NCBI GenBank assembly: GCA_022483045.1
Contig: JAKVOA010000001.1
Span: 207,750 to 271,749 of the forward strand
Reading direction: 5' to 3'
Source: Oscillospiraceae bacterium
Lineage (GTDB): Bacteria > Bacillota > Clostridia > Oscillospirales > Acutalibacteraceae
Length of the DNA: 64,000 bases
In this document: in pieces, positions 58,766 to 64,000 of the stretch
How the letters are laid out: every line of letters starts with the position of its first letter
How positions within the stretch are numbered: position 1 is the stretch's first letter
Notes under the pieces: generated by a model
The model's input: the letters and a program-made list of their open reading frames with translations, nothing else
What the model was told of the DNA's origin: nothing
The model's database searches: none
Program-made: the position numbers and the translations under genes

Positions 58766-59793
58766 AACGACTGCTTAATACCTTGTTTGTCCTCAGTGAA
58801 GACAGCTATTTAGCGCTGGAAAATGAAAATATCGTTATTTGGGGGGAAGAGGGAAAGCGGGGACAGTTTCCGCTGCTCGGCTTAGAGAGCGTTTTCAGCT
58901 TTTCCTATAAAGGAGCCAGCCCGGCCCTGCTGGGTGCCTGCACAAAGCGTGGAATTGGATTTACTTTTCTTACGCCAAACGGCCGCTTCTTAGCGCGTGC
59001 CTGCGGTGCTGCACAGGGGAATGTACTGCTGCGCAAAACACAGTACCGCATTTCAGATGACCCCAACCAAAGCTGTTTCGCGGCGCGCTGCTTCATTTTT
59101 GGCAAACTCTATAACAGCCGCTGGTGCTTGGAAAGGACAGTGCGGGATCATGGCCTGCGAGTCAATGTGGAGGCGCTGAAACGCTCTGCGTCCTTTTTGT
59201 CAGCAACAGCTGCAGAGGCACTGAAAGAAACCAATTTGGATACTTTGCGCGGTTGGGAGGGACAGGCGGCAACCGAATACTTCCGTGTATTTAATGAGAT
59301 GATTCTCAATCAAAAAAAGGACTTCTTCTTTACAGTTCGTTCACGCCGCCCGCCGCTTGACTGCGTCAATGCAATGCTTTCTTTTGGGTACAGCCTGCTT
59401 GCCAGTGACTGTGCAGCCGCACTCGAAAGCGTTGGCCTAGATTCGTATGTTGGCTTTCTTCACCGAGATCGGCCCGGTAGGGAATCTTTAGCACTGGACT
59501 TGATGGAAGAACTGCGCAGCGTTTTTGTAGACAGATTTGTCATTACACTGATTAATACAAAACAGATTTTGCCTAAGCAATTTGACAAAATGGAAGATGG
59601 TGCCGTGCTTTTGAATGATGTCGGGCGAAAGACGTTTCTCAATGTTTGGCAGACTCGAAAGCGTGAGCAAATTACACATCCGTATTTGCAGGAAAAGATG
59701 CAGTGGGGCTTGGTACCATATGTACAAGCATTGCTTTTAGCACGCTGGCTGCGCGGAGATTTGGACGCTTATCCGCCTTTTTTATGGAAATGA
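58762..59793 (+). CDS. cas1: Cas1 integrase (I-C type)
   Basis: MKRLLNTLFVLSEDSYL N-terminus. ATG 58762 overlaps the cas4 stop (ATGA). 343 aa. Confidence 0.9.
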   Translation: MKRLLNTLFVLSEDSYLALENENIVIWGEEGKRGQFPLLGLESVFSFSYKGASPALLGACTKRGIGFTFLTPNGRFLARACGAAQGNVLLRKTQYRISDDPNQSCFAARCFIFGKLYNSRWCLERTVRDHGLRVNVEALKRSASFLSATAAEALKETNLDTLRGWEGQAATEYFRVFNEMILNQKKDFFFTVRSRRPPLDCVNAMLSFGYSLLASDCAAALESVGLDSYVGFLHRDRPGRESLALDLMEELRSVFVDRFVITLINTKQILPKQFDKMEDGAVLLNDVGRKTFLNVWQTRKREQITHPYLQEKMQWGLVPYVQALLLARWLRGDLDAYPPFLWK

Positions 59794-59800
59794 GGTAGAC

Positions 59801-60091
59801 ATGCTGGTCTTAATAACGTATGATGTAAATACGACAGATGGCGAAGGGAAAAAGCGCCTGCGGCAGGTTGCCAAGCAGTGCGTACGTCATGGGCAAAGGG
59901 TGCAGTGCTCAGTCTTTGAGTGCCTGTTGGATCCTGGACAGTGCAAAGCACTGCAGGCGGCGCTCTGCAGAATCATCAATATGGAAAAAGACAGCCTGCG
60001 TTTTTATTATTTGGGTGACCATTATCAAACAAAAATTAAACATTTCGGGGTAAAAGCAGGCTATGAACCAGAGGGCGTACTGATAATGTAG
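59801..60091 (+). CDS. cas2: Cas2
   Basis: 96 aa, MLVLITYDV... with a ferredoxin-like Cas2 pattern. Confidence 0.9.
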   Translation: MLVLITYDVNTTDGEGKKRLRQVAKQCVRHGQRVQCSVFECLLDPGQCKALQAALCRIINMEKDSLRFYYLGDHYQTKIKHFGVKAGYEPEGVLIM

Positions 60092-60276
60092 CAGCAAGTG
60101 CGAACTGTAAACACTCAAAGAAATGCGGACTGTTCGCACCGAAAAAGAGTGCAAATTTAGAAAGATCAGGAATACAAAGGCAGAGAAATACGCTGCTTTT
60201 TTGAAAAGGAGGATGAGATTGTATTGTAAAATACAAAAATGCACAAAACCATGATAAATAATTGTGCATTTTCGCT
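60092..60276 (+). other. CRISPR leader
   Basis: AT-rich 185 nt between cas2 and the first repeat. Contains inverted repeats at 60098-60142 and 60237-60271. Confidence 0.7.
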
Positions 60277-63200
60277 GTCGCTCCCTATTGCGGGGAGCGT
60301 GGATTGAAATCCATATAGTCCATCAAATGACCGACCGGATTTTCGTCGCTCCCTATTGCGGGGAGCGTGGATTGAAATGGATCAGCGTGTTTTGCGAACA
60401 TGTAGGCCACAGTCGCTCCCTATTGCGGGGAGCGTGGATTGAAATTGTATCCCCACACCGCTCACCGCATCATAGCTGTGTCGCTCCCTATTGCGGGGAG
60501 CGTGGATTGAAATAATTTTATCGTTTTGTAAAATTAAAGTCCTGTTTGTCGCTCCCTATTGCGGGGAGCGTGGATTGAAATCAGACCATACCCAGCCGAA
60601 CCAGCCGGCCACGGGTCGCTCCCTATTGCGGGGAGCGTGGATTGAAATCCCAGTGCCGATTGTGATAGGCTTCGGCAATGCGTCGCTCCCTATTGCGGGG
60701 AGCGTGGATTGAAATTATTGCTCAAGCTAGAAAATTTTCTGGCAAAACGTCGCTCCCTATTGCGGGGAGCGTGGATTGAAATAAGGATATCATCGTAAAT
60801 CGTCACGACAGGAAAGCGTCGCTCCCTATTGCGGGGAGCGTGGATTGAAATAGAATAGCCAGCTTGCAAAGGCCTTGGCTGAAAACGTCGCTCCCTATTG
60901 CGGGGAGCGTGGATTGAAATTCGTGGGCGCCTAGGAAGTTCGTCATGGTCGCAATGTCGCTCCCTATTGCGGGGAGCGTGGATTGAAATACAAAGAATTC
61001 GGAGCCCCCAATTTTGGGGTTTGTCGCTCCCTATTGCGGGGAGCGTGGATTGAAATTGCACCCCACACAAGCAAACAGATAAAGATCAGCGGTCGCTCCC
61101 TATTGCGGGGAGCGTGGATTGAAATACAGGAATCTCATCCGTGATTTCTGGGGGTAAATCGTCGCTCCCTATTGCGGGGAGCGTGGATTGAAATTTTCAA
61201 AACGTTGATGTACCCATCGATATCACGGACGTCGCTCCCTATTGCGGGGAGCGTGGATTGAAATCAGATTATGACGTCCGTATATATGAACCCCCCGAGT
61301 CGCTCCCTATTGCGGGGAGCGTGGATTGAAATATGTTACTCCATCGCAGAATAGCGCTATAGATACCGTCGCTCCCTATTGCGGGGAGCGTGGATTGAAA
61401 TACTTCCTCCTCCAGTAAATGATGAAGCTGTTCATGTCGCTCCCTATTGCGGGGAGCGTGGATTGAAATTGCTCAGTTTCCAGCGTTACCCGCGCGGAGT
61501 TTTTGTCGCTCCCTATTGCGGGGAGCGTGGATTGAAATCATGATAATACCTCCATTTATTTTAGTTGTATTTGTCGCTCCCTATTGCGGGGAGCGTGGAT
61601 TGAAATATTTGAACGTCCTGTATCATCGCAAGACGCTCTACGTCGCTCCCTATTGCGGGGAGCGTGGATTGAAATGTCGCAGTTGGAGTAACCGGGGCAG
61701 TTGGCGAAGTCGCTCCCTATTGCGGGGAGCGTGGATTGAAATGATGCCATGCCCACCGCCCGCGTTCAAGTGGACGGGTCGCTCCCTATTGCGGGGAGCG
61801 TGGATTGAAATACACTATAACATCAATCTTCTAAACCATTGCACGTCGCTCCCTATTGCGGGGAGCGTGGATTGAAATAAAATGAGCGCGTGCCTCCGCA
61901 TCTTGTCGCGCGTCGCTCCCTATTGCGGGGAGCGTGGATTGAAATTTCTATCGTTTTGTACCGGCCTAAAAAGTACTGGTCGCTCCCTATTGCGGGGAGC
62001 GTGGATTGAAATGCTCTTGACAATGGTACAAGCTAATGCTACTATGTCGCTCCCTATTGCGGGGAGCGTGGATTGAAATCACAAATGATAGCACTTGGAC
62101 CGGCTCTGATACGTCGCTCCCTATTGCGGGGAGCGTGGATTGAAATCTAGATGTTCTGGTCTCAAATTCTGCGGAATCAGGTCGCTCCCTATTGCGGGGA
62201 GCGTGGATTGAAATGCTTCTCCCAACATGGCGATGCCGTTTGCAATGGGTCGCTCCCTATTGCGGGGAGCGTGGATTGAAATAGCTACGTTTGAATATGA
62301 CGCTTGGGGGAGGTGGGTCGCTCCCTATTGCGGGGAGCGTGGATTGAAATATTTTTGATTACCTCTTTCATTTTTTTATCTATCGTCGCTCCCTATTGCG
62401 GGGAGCGTGGATTGAAATTTCCCTGACACAACATGAGGATACGTCGTAACGGTCGCTCCCTATTGCGGGGAGCGTGGATTGAAATTACATCGTCAAGCAG
62501 CGCCATCTAATCTCCCCCGGTCGCTCCCTATTGCGGGGAGCGTGGATTGAAATTACTGTAATACCCTTAATGTTGTTTGCCATTTTTAGTCGCTCCCTAT
62601 TGCGGGGAGCGTGGATTGAAATCAGTGGCTGCCCCCGCGAAAGCGGCAGCCGCATCGTCGCTCCCTATTGCGGGGAGCGTGGATTGAAATCAGCTTTGCA
62701 ATCTGCGTATCAGCCGCAGACGAGTCGCTCCCTATTGCGGGGAGCGTGGATTGAAATGCTGCCCGATCGACCACGGCACCGCTGTGTTTGAGTCGCTCCC
62801 TATTGCGGGGAGCGTGGATTGAAATGTCGATACCGCCCGCAGCCGTACGTTTTGTGCTCAGTCGCTCCCTATTGCGGGGAGCGTGGATTGAAATCATTTT
62901 TTAACCTCAAATCATGCTTTGATAATCAGTCGCTCCCTATTGCGGGGAGCGTGGATTGAAATGTGAGGGATACAAAAAATGGATCAAACAAAGGAGGTCG
63001 CTCCCTATTGCGGGGAGCGTGGATTGAAATAAAAAAAATATTGATTATTATCTACTTTCAGCGGTCGCTCCCTATTGCGGGGAGCGTGGATTGAAATGTT
63101 TTTGTTGCTTGCGGATATGACCGCAAAAAGGTCGCTCCCTATTGCGGGGAGCGTGGATTGAAATATCTGTTGTAATCTCAGTAATTGCCTGCTCGAACGT

Positions 63201-64000
63201 CGCTCCCTATTGCGGGGAGCGTGGATTGAAATGGTAGTAATTAAAGATGCTGTGTTGCTTGCGGTGTCGCTCCCTATTGCGGGGAGCGTGGATTGAAATA
63301 TATCACAATATGCCTTCCATATGGCCGGCATAGTCGCTCCCTATTGCGGGGAGCGTGGATTGAAATGAGTATAGGCGGTACATCCTTATTTGTCAATACC
63401 GTCGCTCCCTATTGCGGGGAGCGTGGATTGAAATGCAAGGGCGAGTTTGGGGACATAATCAGAGATGGTCGCTCCCTATTGCGGGGAGCGTGGATTGAAA
63501 TAAGACTGCCGTCAATAATGTTTGTTGCTGTCATGTCGCTCCCTATTGCGGGGAGCGTGGATTGAAATATCTCGGCGGCATGGTAAGCCATGCGGATAGC
63601 GGTCGCTCCCTATTGCGGGGAGCGTGGATTGAAATAGCTCGTCGGCCCAGTCAGAAAACGAATCATACGGTCGCTCCCTATTGCGGGGAGCGTGGATTGA
63701 AATAACGGTTATGTATGGCCGGGAATTGTAGGACAAGGTCGCTCCCTATTGCGGGGAGCGTGGATTGAAATAGCTGCGCGGTCAACTGCAGAACCGCTGA
63801 ATTTGTCGCTCCCTATTGCGGGGAGCGTGGATTGAAATCGGACTCTGACGGCGGTAGTTTTAAACACAAATCCGTCGCTCCCTATTGCGGGGAGCGTGGA
63901 TTGAAATATAATATAGAAGCGGCCATTGAAGCTGGAATCATGTCGCTCCCTATTGCGGGGAGCGTGGATTGAAATCAAAACCCGCTACGCTCGCAAGAAT
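60277..64000 (+). CRISPR. type I-C CRISPR array: 55 identical 34-nt repeats (GTCGCTCCCTATTGCGGGGAGCGTGGATTGAAAT), 54 full spacers of 33-36 nt plus one truncated by the window end
   Basis: Repeat starts enumerated by hand from 60277 to 63942, with a period of 67-70 nt. The repeat ends in ATTGAAAT, as I-C repeats do. Orientation matches the cas genes. Confidence 0.97.

Noticed and set aside
60264-63978. Many ORFs on both strands translating to repeated RGAWIEI / ISIHAPRNRER peptides
   Set aside because: These are translations of the CRISPR repeat in different frames, not genes.

Overview
This is a 64-kb chromosomal segment from a moderately high-GC anaerobic Firmicute. The gene content looks Clostridia-like, but the taxon cannot be fixed without a database search. 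All product names come from motif and architecture recognition only.

Left to right:
1. A galactomannan/manno-oligosaccharide utilisation locus: GH36 alpha-galactosidase, LacI and AraC regulators, an ABC importer, two GH130 phosphorylases flanking an AGE-family epimerase, and a SASA-type acetylesterase.
2. A lower-GC insert carrying a LytTR response regulator and an AgrC-like sensor kinase broken by one in-frame TAG. It is followed by about 0.45 kb of apparently non-coding DNA closed by a strong terminator.
3. A sucrose PTS regulon, scrR-scrA-scrB-scrK.
4. glgB, two HAD phosphatases, an ndk-like gene, ybaK and a Nudix hydrolase.
5. A nine-gene V-type ATPase operon, probably Na+-translocating.
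6. A macro-domain protein and a translationally coupled GT28/PlsY-like pair.
7. A TPP riboswitch followed by thiM-thiE-thiD.
8. A DUF218 membrane protein and a lactate-utilisation cluster: lctP divergent from larA, FAD-dependent LDH, etfB, etfA and an acyl-CoA dehydrogenase.
9. A low-GC GNAT gene and dcd.
10. A complete type I-C CRISPR-Cas locus (cas3-cas5-cas8c-cas7-cas4-cas1-cas2) with at least 55 identical 34-nt repeats running off the window end.

I recognised no rRNA, tRNA, transposase or integrase. I did not find a convincing wholly new multi-gene system.

The most checkable unusual items are:
- the amber-split sensor kinase and its non-coding tail;
- a GC-rich, pseudoknot-capable leader in the regulator-less lctP/larA control region;
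- an internal SD+GTG in cas8c that fits a Cas11c small subunit;
- a PlsY paralogue with a degenerate catalytic motif coupled to a glycolipid synthase-like GT.
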